In this document: positions 45,977 through 55,985 of the stretch, in pieces
Layout of the letters: every line of letters begins with the position of its first letter
How positions within the stretch are numbered: the stretch's first letter is position 1
Source: Dehalococcoidia bacterium
GTDB lineage: Bacteria; Chloroflexota; Dehalococcoidia; Lucifugimonadales; UBA3495
NCBI GenBank assembly: GCA_965237745.1
Contig: OZ250156.1
Location: 1,953,426 to 2,017,425 of the forward strand
Direction: 5' to 3'
DNA length: 64,000 nt
Notes under the pieces: generated by a model
The model's database searches: none
The model's input: the letters and a program-made list of their open reading frames with translations, nothing else
Told to the model about the DNA's origin: nothing
Position numbers and translations under genes: made by a program

Positions 45977-47149
45977 GTGGCTTCTAACGGGTCTGCTTCG
46001 AGGGACATCGCCATCGTGGGGGTTGCCGAGTCGGACGTCATGGGCAACGTGCCCGGCAAGTCGTCGTTGCAGCACCACGCTGAGGCGGCACACAACGCTC
46101 TGGACGACGCCGGTCTAAAGATGAGCGACATCGACGGAGTCCTTACCGCCGGCTTTTCCACGCTGGCTACAGCAGAATACCTCGGCATCGAGCCAGTGTT
46201 CACCGACAACACCTCCGTCGGTGGGTCCTCCTTTATCATCCATGTGGCCCACGCCATCGCTGCCATCCGGGCCGGCTACTGCGAGACGGCGCTGATCACC
46301 CACGGGCAGGCCGGGCGCTCAACTCGCGTGCGCGTCCCCGCTGACGGCAATTTGCCGGCGGCGCAGTACGAGGCTCCCTACGGCATAATCGGCGCGCCCA
46401 TCAACTATTCCTTGGCCTGCACGCGCTACATGCACGATTACGGCGAGGACCGCACCCGGCAGGCAATGGCGGAGGTCGCGGTTGCGACACGCAAATGGGC
46501 CAACCTGAACCCCGTGGCCCAGATGCACGACACGCCCATGAGCTTCGACGACTATCACAACTCGCGCTGGGTCTCGTGGCCCTTCCACCTGTTGGACTGC
46601 TGCTTGGTCACCGACAGCGGCGCGGCGGTCATCGTAACCACGGCGGAGCGGGCGGCCAGCTGCCGCAAGCAGCCGGTGTGGGTGCTGGGTGGCGGAGAGT
46701 CCCACGACCACAATATCATCAGCCAGATGCCGTCCTACACCATCACGCCGGCCAGGGAGTCGGGGCCCAGGGCAATGGCCCGCGCCGGACTGACCCACGA
46801 CGATCTTGACTTGGCGATGATCTACGATTCCTTCACGTACACCGTAATGGTGACTCTCGAGTCGCTGGGCTTCTGCGGTCGCGGAGAGGCGGCCGACTTC
46901 GTGGCCAATCAGCGCACCGCTCCGGGCGGCGACTTCCCGCTCAACACCAGCGGCGGCGGTCTTTCTTACACCCACCCAGGGATGTACGGCATCTTCCTGC
47001 TGGTGGAGGCGGTGCGGCAATTGCGGGGTGAGTGCGGCGAACGGCAGGTGATGAGCAAACGTTCACCGGGCGAGGCGGCCAAGACCACCATCGTCAACGG
47101 CACCGGCGGTTCCCTTTCCTCCACCGGCACTGTTTTGCTGGCGACCTGA
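45977..47149 (+). CDS. thiolase-family protein (SCP-x / lipid-transfer type)
   Basis: IAIVGVAESD..., LLDCCLVTDSGAAVIV, GGLSYTHPGMYGIF. Confidence 0.75.
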   Translation: MASNGSASRDIAIVGVAESDVMGNVPGKSSLQHHAEAAHNALDDAGLKMSDIDGVLTAGFSTLATAEYLGIEPVFTDNTSVGGSSFIIHVAHAIAAIRAGYCETALITHGQAGRSTRVRVPADGNLPAAQYEAPYGIIGAPINYSLACTRYMHDYGEDRTRQAMAEVAVATRKWANLNPVAQMHDTPMSFDDYHNSRWVSWPFHLLDCCLVTDSGAAVIVTTAERAASCRKQPVWVLGGGESHDHNIISQMPSYTITPARESGPRAMARAGLTHDDLDLAMIYDSFTYTVMVTLESLGFCGRGEAADFVANQRTAPGGDFPLNTSGGGLSYTHPGMYGIFLLVEAVRQLRGECGERQVMSKRSPGEAAKTTIVNGTGGSLSSTGTVLLAT

Positions 47150-47183
47150 GTACGCTGCAGGGAGAACATCTGCCCTGAGATGG

Positions 47184-47213
47184 AAACGCCTCGGCTGTTG
47201 CCGGGGCGTTTTT
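47184..47213 (+). terminator. rho-independent terminator after the thiolase gene
   Basis: aaacgcctcgg ctgttg ccggggcgttt stem (one mismatch) followed by a T run (ttttt). Confidence 0.65.
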
Positions 47214-47379
47214 CGTGGGAGGGCGGAGTTGGCAGAGGCCAATTTTGGCCAAATCCCGGATCGCGTACCGTAGCAGAGGTCGAGGATAGGTATGCTAGTA
47301 TCACTCCAAGTACTGGACAAGCATCGACCCACTGATGACTTGTTCATCTGTTTTACGCTACGGCGAAAGGATACGCACT

Positions 47380-48306
47380 ATGGATCTTACTGTGTCTTCT
47401 TTTCTTCAGCATCTCCTCGTGGAAAAGGGTTTCTCTCAGAACACCTGCTCGGCCTACCGCAACGATTTGTCCCAATTCCTAGAGTTTCTTCACCTGAATG
47501 GCGTCGGTACGGTCGGCGAGAATGGGTCCAGCACCTGCGACTGGTCCGCAGTGGATATCGATATGCTGAACCACTACACTACCGACCTGAAGGAACGCAA
47601 GGGATACCGCAACGCCACCGCGGCTCGCAAGGTTGCCTCGATCAAGTCTTTTTTCGGATTTATGTCGGAAAACGGCATCATCACCGAGGATCCAACCGAG
47701 TCTCTCGGAACGCCCAAAGTCGGCAGGTCGCTGCCCAAATACCTCACCGAGGAAGAGGTCGGCAGGCTGCTGGATGAGGGCTACAAGCCAGGCACCAACG
47801 AGGGGCAACGCGATGCGGTCATGATGGAGCTCCTCTATGCCACGGGACTACGGGTCGGCGAACTGGTGTCTCTGAACACGGGGGACGTGAATGCCGAGGA
47901 GGCCTATGTACGCTGCTTGGGCAAAGGCTCTAAAGAACGCATAGTGCACCTCTACCCGAAGGCGCTGCAGGAACTCAAGAATTATATGAGAACCTCGCGT
48001 CCGATCCTGCTGGGGAAGCGCAAGGACGAACAGGCCCTGTTCGTCAATCACCGCGGCGAGCGGTTGACCAGGCAGTGGGTCTGGTCGGTCCTGAAGACCT
48101 ATGCGCAATCTGCCGGCATTCAGTCCAGCATCACCCCCCACACCCTGCGACACAGCTTTGCCACTCACCTGTTGCAGAATGGCGCCTCCCTGCGCCACGT
48201 ACAGGAACTGCTGGGACACTCCAGCATTTCGACTACCCAGGTCTACACCCACCTCACCAGTCCGTATATGCGCGAGGAATACGAAAAGAGCCACCCCAGA
48301 GCGTAG
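47380..48306 (+). CDS. xerD: site-specific tyrosine recombinase XerD/XerC
   Basis: FLQHLLVEKGFSQNTCSAYRNDLSQFLEFL; catalytic ATGLRVGELVSL, HTLRHSFATHLLQNGASLRHVQELLGHSSISTTQVYTH. The XerD versus XerC choice is tentative. Confidence 0.8.
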   Translation: MDLTVSSFLQHLLVEKGFSQNTCSAYRNDLSQFLEFLHLNGVGTVGENGSSTCDWSAVDIDMLNHYTTDLKERKGYRNATAARKVASIKSFFGFMSENGIITEDPTESLGTPKVGRSLPKYLTEEEVGRLLDEGYKPGTNEGQRDAVMMELLYATGLRVGELVSLNTGDVNAEEAYVRCLGKGSKERIVHLYPKALQELKNYMRTSRPILLGKRKDEQALFVNHRGERLTRQWVWSVLKTYAQSAGIQSSITPHTLRHSFATHLLQNGASLRHVQELLGHSSISTTQVYTHLTSPYMREEYEKSHPRA

Positions 48307-48330
48307 CGCCGATCTTTTCAGTTGGACCTG

Positions 48331-48373
48331 AAACTGCGAAGCCCCGCCGTCGGAGGGCGGGGCTTCGCAGTTT
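48331..48373 (+). terminator. strong 18-bp hairpin after the xerD-like gene
   Basis: aaactgcgaagccccgcc gtcggag ggcggggcttcgcagttt. Perfect stem ending in ttt. Confidence 0.7.
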
Positions 48374-48573
48374 GCTCACCAGCCGGCCATTATTTTCCTA
48401 GGCCGGACACGTGAATGAGACATGCTGATTTCCCAAATTCCGTCTCAATATCACACTGCCTTTTCCTCAGAATTGCTGATATAGTAAAGGTCAAAACACT
48501 GAATAATGAGCCGGACGACCCTGCTGTGCGCAGGAGCGTCCGGCGTCCGCAACCTCTCGGGAGGTGCATTACC

Positions 48574-48948
48574 ATGGCAGGTAAAGCCCGCCGGGCAGCT
48601 GCCCGACAAGGTGAACTAGGCCGTCGAAGAAAGAAGGGACGAGGTCCCAGCGGAGCCCCCGCCATTGGGGGCCGCCCCGATGAGCAGGGGCCTCTGAATA
48701 GCATCGGGGGGGCGCTGGCAATGGAAGCCGCTGGTGTGGCTACCACTGCGGCCAGCTTTGAAGAACAGGAACAGACCGCCCCTGTTGTCGCGCCGGCCCC
48801 GCAGCCGGCGATGCAATCTCGTGGCCGTGGCCGACAGCGAGGTGAGCGCCCCGCAGCCTACAACTATGTCGGAACCGAGTTGCGTCGTATAGCAGCCCTG
48901 GCCACCGTGGTCCTGGCGGCCTTGGTGGTGATTTCCTTCGTCGTCTGA
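48574..48948 (+). CDS. hypothetical basic protein with a C-terminal TM anchor
   Basis: MAGKARRAAARQGELGRRRKKGRG...; C-terminal IAALATVVLAALVVISFVV. GGGAGG RBS before 48574. Confidence 0.45.
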   Translation: MAGKARRAAARQGELGRRRKKGRGPSGAPAIGGRPDEQGPLNSIGGALAMEAAGVATTAASFEEQEQTAPVVAPAPQPAMQSRGRGRQRGERPAAYNYVGTELRRIAALATVVLAALVVISFVV

Positions 48949-48974
48949 AATTCCGAACCCAGCGCTGGCTGAAT

Positions 48975-50837
48975 ATGTCTCTCCCTCTAGTTGAGCAACG
49001 GCTACAGGCAACCCCTGAACGACCCGGTGTTTACCTGATGAAGGATGCCCGGGCTACCGTTCTGTATGTCGGCAAGGCCAGCGTGTTGCGAAACCGCCTC
49101 CGCTCCTACTTCGGGTCGCCGTCCAATCAGCCCAACAAGACGCGGCGCATGATGGGCCACGTCCACGACTTCGAGTACATCGTCACCGACTCGGAGGCCG
49201 AGGCGCTGATTCTGGAGAATACGCTGATCAAGCGTTACAAGCCCCGCTACAACGCCCGGCTCAAAGATGACAAAACCTATCCCTTCCTGAAGATCGACCT
49301 GAACGAAGAATTCCCGCGCGTCTACATTACGCGACGAGTGTCAAAGGACGGGGCCCGGTACTTCGGTCCCTTCGCCACCGCCAATACTGTCCGCAAGTCC
49401 ATGGACCTGGTGAAGCGGCTCTTCCCCTACCGTTCCTGCACCAAGACCATAACCGGGACGGACCCCCGTCCCTGCCTGGAGTATTACATCAACCGGTGCG
49501 TGGCTCCGTGCACCGGGTTCGCCAGCCGTGAGGAATACGCCAAGGTCATTGAGCAGGTCATCATGTTCATGGAGGGCGATACCGATTCGGTTACGCGCGA
49601 TTTGGAAGAGAACATGGTCTTGGCTGCAGAGCGGCTGGAGTTCGAGCGGGCGGCGGTGTTGCGCGACCGCATCAAGGCTGTGGAGCGGGTGGTCGAGGAG
49701 CGTCGAATCAAAGTCGATTCCAATCCTGTTTCCGACATGGACGTCATAGCCGTCGCCCAAGGCTCCACGGAGGCTTGGGTAGAGGTATTTTTCATCCGGA
49801 AAGGGAAGCTCATCGGCCGCGAGCATTTCTTCATGGAGGGGGCCCAGGACGATACGCCAGGCGTGGTTATTGGCCAGTTCATAAAACAGTTCTACGGCTC
49901 CGCCCAGACTATTCCCCCACGCATCGTCACTCAGCATCCGTTGGAAGACCAGGGACTGGTGACCGAATGGCTACGCGGCCTGCGCGGAAGGGCGGTTCAC
50001 CTGGTGTGGCCTCAACGGGGAATGCACAAGCAGCTGGTGGAAACCGTGGCCGACAATGCCCGCCAGGGACTGGCCCAGCACCGCATCAAGTGGCTGGATA
50101 ACCGGGACATTATCCAGCAGGCAATGTCGGAGCTTGAGGAGGAACTCTCCCTGCCGCTGCCACTGCGCCGGATGGAGTGTTACGACATCTCGCATATCCA
50201 AGGTAGCAATTCAGTCGGCAGCATGGTGGTGTTCGAGGAAGGGTTACCCAAGCGCTCCCAGTACCGTCGCTTCAAGGTCAAGACGGTGGAGGGCGTGGAC
50301 GACTTCGAGAGCATGCGAGAGGTGCTGCGCCGCCGCTTCAAGCGTATGGCCGCCGCACGAAACACGACGGAAGGCGGAGATTCAGAGGCAGCGGCCGACA
50401 CGGGATGGGCCGCGGTTCCGGATCTCGTATTGATCGACGGTGGCAAAGGGCAGCTGTCGGCGGCTCTGGAGGTTATGCTGGAACTGGGTTTGGACGATAT
50501 TCCTCTGGCATCCTTGGCCAAGGAAAACGAATGGCTTTTCGTTCCCCACACCCCCGAGCCGATTATCCTCCCGCGCGACTCGCAGGCGCTTTACTTGGTG
50601 CAGCGGATCAGGGATGAGGCCCATCGTTTCGCCATCACCTACCACCGCAACCTTCGCAGCAAGGGCAGCCTCGGTTCGCCCATCGATCTGGTCACCGGCA
50701 TCGGGCCAAAACGAAAACGTATGCTGATGCGGCGCTTTGGCTCTCTAAAGGGCATAAAAGAGGCCGCGGTCGATGAGATCGCAGCAGTCCCCGGCATGAC
50801 CCGTTCCCTGGCAATACGCATCAAGCAGACCATCTAG
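48975..50837 (+). CDS. uvrC: excinuclease ABC subunit C
   Basis: GIY-YIG N-terminus (PGVYLMKD...VLYVGKA...NRLRSYF), UVR domain (LEFERAAVLRDRIKAV), C-terminal (HhH)2. Confidence 0.95.
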   Translation: MSLPLVEQRLQATPERPGVYLMKDARATVLYVGKASVLRNRLRSYFGSPSNQPNKTRRMMGHVHDFEYIVTDSEAEALILENTLIKRYKPRYNARLKDDKTYPFLKIDLNEEFPRVYITRRVSKDGARYFGPFATANTVRKSMDLVKRLFPYRSCTKTITGTDPRPCLEYYINRCVAPCTGFASREEYAKVIEQVIMFMEGDTDSVTRDLEENMVLAAERLEFERAAVLRDRIKAVERVVEERRIKVDSNPVSDMDVIAVAQGSTEAWVEVFFIRKGKLIGREHFFMEGAQDDTPGVVIGQFIKQFYGSAQTIPPRIVTQHPLEDQGLVTEWLRGLRGRAVHLVWPQRGMHKQLVETVADNARQGLAQHRIKWLDNRDIIQQAMSELEEELSLPLPLRRMECYDISHIQGSNSVGSMVVFEEGLPKRSQYRRFKVKTVEGVDDFESMREVLRRRFKRMAAARNTTEGGDSEAAADTGWAAVPDLVLIDGGKGQLSAALEVMLELGLDDIPLASLAKENEWLFVPHTPEPIILPRDSQALYLVQRIRDEAHRFAITYHRNLRSKGSLGSPIDLVTGIGPKRKRMLMRRFGSLKGIKEAAVDEIAAVPGMTRSLAIRIKQTI

Positions 50838-50902
50838 CCGGTCGCCCAATTCGGGTACACCTCTTGGAGCGCCCGTCCGCCGGTGCTGCTCTTGTCTCGC
50901 CC

Positions 50903-50922
50903 GTGAAATCGCGCGATTTCAC
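50903..50922. promoter_or_regulatory. perfect 20-bp palindrome (operator or hairpin) in an AT-rich intergenic region
   Basis: gtgaaatcgc|gcgatttcac read directly. Lies 66 nt after the uvrC stop and about 300 nt upstream of the next gene. Confidence 0.35.
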
Positions 50923-51228
50923 ATAAAGTGGAAATTTGTAATTGCACTGCATTATGTCTTGACTATTGGCCCGTGGGTAGCATATACCGTATGTAACGAT
51001 GTTGCAGGCGCTGCCGGGCTACGGGCAGGGCTATCGCATTTGGGAATTTCGAGGCTTTCATTTGGGATCTCAGGTGATTTTCAGCGGTATCTTCCGCTGC
51101 AATCCTCTTGACATCCGTTGATGACGAGGTCTTATACCTCAAAATTGGCGATGAGCAGCAGCAGCAGGTTGCCCTTAAAATGGCCGCCAGAATTTCAAAT
51201 GCGATAGGCCTGGGGCTACGGGTAAGTT

Positions 51229-51897
51229 ATGGTCAAATTATCCATTACACTGCCCAACAACACCATGATAACCCTTGAGTGTGAAGAGACCGGCTTGGTA
51301 CACGAAGTGCTTGGTCTAGTGATGCGGGACACAAATCCGGATGCCCGGTCGGTGGATCTTGGAACAGCTGTTTATGCTGGTGAGGATGACGCAGGGATGG
51401 AAAAAAGTACTAGTGCACCTGATACTCATGACGTGCAAACGCCCGCAACCGGCCAGCGACGGGCTAACGATGTGGCCCCGCCTCAGGCGTCCGAAATGGC
51501 CTCGCATGCGCCCAACGGGATCGCGTCCAATGGTGACAGCGCAGTACCGGCAGGTACCTTTGCTGAGTTGGGAGATGATATATTGGATCTTGGCCGTTAC
51601 TCTCAGCAGGCTCAGGACGACTTCACGGCCTTTTGCCAGGCCATTAGCCCGACGGGCGATATGCGCCGGGTGGTGGTGGCCGCGGAGGGTGCTAACCGGT
51701 TCTTCGGCCTGGAAGGAATCACTGCAGACGAGCTGGGTGACCTTTTCGATCTGATCGGTTGGAGACGGGCAAACAGCTTTACCCAAACTATACGCAACGC
51801 GGCTCGCGCCAAATTCCGTTGGCTGGAGCGCATTCCCGGCCGCTCCGGCCGTTACGCCGCCACAGACCTGGGCCGCGCCACAACCCTCTCTGGCTAG
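51229..51897 (+). CDS. hypothetical protein
   Basis: 222-aa ORF: small N-terminal domain, acidic low-complexity middle, C-terminal domain (RRVVVAAEGANRFFGLEGITADELGDLFDLIGWRRANSFTQTIRNAARAKFRWLERI). No family recognised. Confidence 0.5.
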   Translation: MVKLSITLPNNTMITLECEETGLVHEVLGLVMRDTNPDARSVDLGTAVYAGEDDAGMEKSTSAPDTHDVQTPATGQRRANDVAPPQASEMASHAPNGIASNGDSAVPAGTFAELGDDILDLGRYSQQAQDDFTAFCQAISPTGDMRRVVVAAEGANRFFGLEGITADELGDLFDLIGWRRANSFTQTIRNAARAKFRWLERIPGRSGRYAATDLGRATTLSG

Positions 51898-51919
51898 GAC
51901 CTGAAGTTTTAGGAACTCA

Positions 51920-52735
51920 TTGATGCTTCGAAACACGCAATTTGGCATGTCCGGTCCCTCCGCTCAGGCCACGTCCTCCCGCTCCGGGTTTGAGATCCTC
52001 GCCACCGCTCCCCGCGTCGCCTTGGCGGTTACGCCCCACCCCGACGACTGCGAGGGTGGTTGTGGCGGGGCTTTGGCCAAGTGGGTCAAGGAGTTCGGCA
52101 CGGAAGCCGTGGTGGTGATGTGCACCAATGGCAACAAGGGTACGTCAGAGCGGGACCTGAGCCCCCAGCGGCTGGCGGCTATCAGGGAAGAGGAACAGCT
52201 CGCGGCGTCAGAGATCATCGGGGCCAAGGACGTGGTGTTTCTGCGATACCCGGATGGCGGACTGGAGGACACCATGCTATTCCGAAGCCAGGTGGTCCGG
52301 GAGATTCGCCGCCACCGGCCCGACGTCATCCTGTGCATTGACCCCTATCGCAGCACCAGTCACACTCACCGCGACCACCGGATGAGCGGTAGAGTGGCCA
52401 TGGACGCGGCCTTCACCTACGCTTGGAGCTACCAGCATTTTCGGGAGCAGATCACCGACGAGGGCCTGCAGCCGCATCTAGTGGAGCAGGCTTACATGTG
52501 GGGCAGCGAGTCACCCGACGTCTTCGTAGAGATTGGCGACTACCTGGAAGCCAAGACGCTGTCTCTGGAGGCTCACGCCAGCCAGATGTCGCCGGTCACC
52601 ACCGAGGAGCGTCTGTCGCGCATCAGCAATAACGCAACTCGTTACCAAGAATTGACCGGCTTGGAATACACCGAGGGTTTCCGCCGGGTCCAATTCGGCC
52701 TTGGCAGCATTGAGTGGCAGTTCCTGTATTCCTGA
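51920..52735 (+). CDS. PIG-L/LmbE-family deacetylase
   Basis: VALAVTPHPDDCEGGCGGALAKW, MCTNGNKGT, HRDHR. Start uncertain (51920 or 51947). Confidence 0.8.
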   Translation: MMLRNTQFGMSGPSAQATSSRSGFEILATAPRVALAVTPHPDDCEGGCGGALAKWVKEFGTEAVVVMCTNGNKGTSERDLSPQRLAAIREEEQLAASEIIGAKDVVFLRYPDGGLEDTMLFRSQVVREIRRHRPDVILCIDPYRSTSHTHRDHRMSGRVAMDAAFTYAWSYQHFREQITDEGLQPHLVEQAYMWGSESPDVFVEIGDYLEAKTLSLEAHASQMSPVTTEERLSRISNNATRYQELTGLEYTEGFRRVQFGLGSIEWQFLYS

Positions 52736-52736
52736 C

Positions 52737-53633
52737 TCAGGCGCCTTGATTCAGGTGTTCCACAGCCCGGCGGTGACTTGCCAGCAGGCTTGGCACGCGA
52801 GTCGGATCGGTTCGCCCCCACCCGCATTCGCTAGCCACGCCGAACGCGGACACGAACACTCGCGCCGCAGTTATTCGAGCCACGTCTCCTTCCGCGTCGT
52901 CATGATGGATCAGTCCCAAGATGGCGCTGGCGCTGTCCGGCAATTCCAGTCCCTCCAATGGACGGAAGTAATCGCGGTCGGTGCGGTCTTTAGGCACGGG
53001 CAGATGAATGAAGTCCAGTCTTCGCCGCAGGCGGGACGCCAGGCCGTTGCTGATCTCGGCAAGAATTCCAGTATCCTCCGGCATCACAAGATGCTCGTCG
53101 GCGGGGGAGCCGTAGCAAAGGTGATAGCCCAGGTCGACTGACTCAGGCACCCTCTCCCCCAGCCGCGCAAGCTGGTCGAAAACCTGATCCTTATAGTCGT
53201 CGGGGCGATAGGAGAAGTAGTCCTCAAAGAGCAGCACTTCCTGGCAAACGTCCCATTGTATGGAAAGCTGCCCGTGGGGGATCGCTTCCAAGATTCCGTC
53301 CAGCGCCTCAGCCAGGGATCGCTCGTAAACCGGCAGATAAGCATCGCGGGATGCAGTGCTGACGTACATATACCCGGTGGCCATCGGGGTGGGCAGAGAT
53401 ACCTGAAACAGGACGTCCGGCCCGATAATTCCTTCGTCGCGCAACCGTGAAAAGGTGGCGTAGGAGGCCGTCGCCGCCTCGGTATAGCCCGTCGAGAATT
53501 GCACGGCGTTTGGGTCCACCGAGGGCTTGAACCGAACGAAGGGCGATTCTCTAAGGAGCACTCCGTCCCACTGGTAGACCGCGAACAGGCCTGCCTCCGG
53601 GTCGATTTCTAAATCGGGGTGATTGAGGAGCAT
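52737..53633 (-). CDS. hypothetical protein (possibly MetE/UROD-like TIM-barrel superfamily)
   Basis: 298-aa ORF with good coding character (LGYHLCYGSP...FIHLPVPKDR...). Family assignment is only an impression. Confidence 0.45.
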   Translation of the reverse strand: MLLNHPDLEIDPEAGLFAVYQWDGVLLRESPFVRFKPSVDPNAVQFSTGYTEAATASYATFSRLRDEGIIGPDVLFQVSLPTPMATGYMYVSTASRDAYLPVYERSLAEALDGILEAIPHGQLSIQWDVCQEVLLFEDYFSYRPDDYKDQVFDQLARLGERVPESVDLGYHLCYGSPADEHLVMPEDTGILAEISNGLASRLRRRLDFIHLPVPKDRTDRDYFRPLEGLELPDSASAILGLIHHDDAEGDVARITAARVFVSAFGVASECGWGRTDPTRVPSLLASHRRAVEHLNQGA

Positions 53634-53798
53634 TTCGCGCTGGAACTAGATCCATCGGATGCGCTCCCCGGTCTCGCCGTCGGGAATCCGCCGCAGGTGG
53701 GAACCCAACACGCCGCAGACGGCGCGAAAAACAGTTTCCGAGTCTACCAGGGGCACTGAACCCACCAGATGGGCGAAGCTGGCGCTGGCAGACATAAT

Positions 53799-54818
53799 TC
53801 ACAGCTCCCGAAAATTGCGGATAATCTTACGAAGGTCAGTCTCGCTGGGTGGCTGCTCGGAATATAACGTAAAGCTGGCTTCGTCCACCAACCCCCCGTA
53901 GCGACGGACGAACTCACCGGCAATTTCGTCATATTCGCCGGATACAGCGAAGGCGGCCAACATCTCGTCGCTGACCAGCTCGCCCATTTCGGCCCACTCG
54001 CCGCGCAGAGACATCTCGTGCAGCCGCAGACCGATTTCCTCGAATCCGTGAGCAGCCAGCACGGAATGATAGGTCCGAGTGGAGGCGTAGAAGGCGATGC
54101 GGCGGCGCACCTCGGCCTGGGCTGCCCGCAGCGACGCCCGGTTGGGGCCGGTGATCAGGAACCCTCCGCCGCTGACGACGACCCTGCCGACATCGCGGCC
54201 CGACCGTTCTGCTCCCCGGGCGAGCGCAGGTCTAACCACATCCCGGACGTATTCCGGCGAGGTCAGGCTGTGCAGCATAAGCCCATCGGCCACCTCTCCG
54301 GCCACTTGGCAATTGTAGGCGTTGACCGCCGCAGTGAAAATCGGCGGCGGCGGGAATTCGCCCGGGCCGGGGCTGAAGAAGGGAGTCATAAGCGTGAACT
54401 GGTAGTGCTTGCCTTGGAAGTTCAGCCGTTCGCCCGTCTCCCAAGCGGACCAGATGGCCTTCAACGCCTGCACGTACTCCCGCAGACGAGGTCCAGGGGA
54501 GTTCCAGGACGTGGAGAAGCGCCGCTCGATATGCCCCTTTACTTGGGTGCCCAGCCCCAGCCGGAAGCGGCCTTGGGACAGGTCCTGCATGTCGCGGGCG
54601 GTGTAGGCGGAAATCATCGGCGACCGCGGGAACGCGATGGCTACGCTGGTCTGCAGCAACGCTCGTGTGGTGGATGTGGCGGCCAGAGTCAGCGGCAGGA
54701 AGGAGTCGTGCGCAGTTTCGTTCTTTGACAGCGCGTTATAGCCGATGGATTCGGCCCACGCTGCCTCAGCCGGAATCGAGGCCAAGGATTTTGACGCCAG
54801 TCGGTGTGTAACTCTCAT
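53799..54818 (-). CDS. LLM-class (luciferase-like) F420-dependent oxidoreductase
   Basis: AESIGYNALSKNETAHDSFLPL, FRLGLGTQVKGHIERRF, LNFQGKHYQF. Confidence 0.75.
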   Translation of the reverse strand: MRVTHRLASKSLASIPAEAAWAESIGYNALSKNETAHDSFLPLTLAATSTTRALLQTSVAIAFPRSPMISAYTARDMQDLSQGRFRLGLGTQVKGHIERRFSTSWNSPGPRLREYVQALKAIWSAWETGERLNFQGKHYQFTLMTPFFSPGPGEFPPPPIFTAAVNAYNCQVAGEVADGLMLHSLTSPEYVRDVVRPALARGAERSGRDVGRVVVSGGGFLITGPNRASLRAAQAEVRRRIAFYASTRTYHSVLAAHGFEEIGLRLHEMSLRGEWAEMGELVSDEMLAAFAVSGEYDEIAGEFVRRYGGLVDEASFTLYSEQPPSETDLRKIIRNFREL

Positions 54819-54876
54819 GGTTTTATCTCAAACAAGCTAAAGCGATATGCGTGAGGGCTGTCCGCGATGGGTCTTC

Positions 54877-55239
54877 TCATGGCCTTTCGGATGACAGGCC
54901 GGCATAAATTTCGTCCGTCTTTGCCGCCATTACGAAGTCGTTCCGGTGCAGATTTCGAATCTTGTGAGTCCACCACGAAACCCGCACGTTCCCCCATTCG
55001 GTTGTCAGGCGGGGATGATGGCCTTCCTCCTCCGCCAGTTCTCCCACACGGTTGGTGAAATTCAGCGCCTGCGCGAAATCGCGAAACCGGAATGCGCGGT
55101 CGAGTTTCGGAATGCTGTCCCCGTCGATCAGTTCCCAATCCGGAGTCTGCGGAAGCAGAGCGGCGATTTCATCCTGCGACACGCTGGGGGAATCTCGACG
55201 GCAGGCCGTACACCGTTCGCGGGCGAGCGTAGTCATCAT
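54877..55239 (-). CDS. 4a-hydroxytetrahydrobiopterin dehydratase (PCD/DCoH)
   Basis: FRFRDFAQALNFTNRVGELAEEEGHHPRLTTEWGNVRVSWWTH. Confidence 0.85.
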   Translation of the reverse strand: MMTTLARERCTACRRDSPSVSQDEIAALLPQTPDWELIDGDSIPKLDRAFRFRDFAQALNFTNRVGELAEEEGHHPRLTTEWGNVRVSWWTHKIRNLHRNDFVMAAKTDEIYAGLSSERP

Positions 55240-55282
55240 GGAACCTCGTGTTTGGGAATCAAGCTGACTGCTCAAAGCGTAG

Positions 55283-55870
55283 TCAGCCGAGGAAAATGTC
55301 GGCCAAGGCGATACTGAACCCCTCCAGAACGGTCGAGGTGATGCTCTCCCCTTCGCCGAATACGCCTGTAACTTTTAACTCCCCATCGTCGAACAACAGA
55401 ATTGCGACGGTGGCTGCCTCCGGGTCCACCAGCCAATACTCCTTGACCCCGTGGCGTGCGTACAATTCGCGCTTGGTCGTCCAGTCCTGGCGTGCGGTGG
55501 TTGATGGCGAGCGGATTTCCACCACCAGATCGGGAGCGCCCTGAACGTTGTCGGCAGTGATGATGTGCAGACGTTTCTTGGAGACGAACAGCAGGTCCGG
55601 CCGAACTGTGTCCGCATCCGATAGCACCACATCGAAGTCGGAATAGACTCTCCCCAAGTCCTCTTCATCTGCGAAGAAAAACATTCGGGAGCCCAATCTC
55701 ATCTGGTTCCTCTGATGGGCTTCTTTTGCTGACGGCGCCATAGTCAACGCTTCACTTATCAACTCTCCGTCTATCAGTTCCCAACGCTCGCCTTCAGGAG
55801 TCTTGGCGTAGTCTTCGTAAGTGAGTTTCCGCTTGGGCTTTTGCGTAACCAACTTGACCTCCGTGCCCAT
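55283..55870 (-). CDS. Uma2-family (DUF820) restriction-endonuclease-fold protein
   Basis: YEDYAKTPEGERWELIDGEL, RPDLLFV, APDLVVEIRSPST, KRELYARHGVKEYWLVDP. Confidence 0.85.
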   Translation of the reverse strand: MGTEVKLVTQKPKRKLTYEDYAKTPEGERWELIDGELISEALTMAPSAKEAHQRNQMRLGSRMFFFADEEDLGRVYSDFDVVLSDADTVRPDLLFVSKKRLHIITADNVQGAPDLVVEIRSPSTTARQDWTTKRELYARHGVKEYWLVDPEAATVAILLFDDGELKVTGVFGEGESITSTVLEGFSIALADIFLG

Positions 55871-55985
55871 CTCTGGGACAAAGGGTGTCGAATGCTGCCA
55901 CCTTGGTATGGGGCCATCCCACTGACACAGAAAAATCGGGCTGCCTGACCACTGCCGTTACGCCGAAAGCATACCACAGCGGCCC

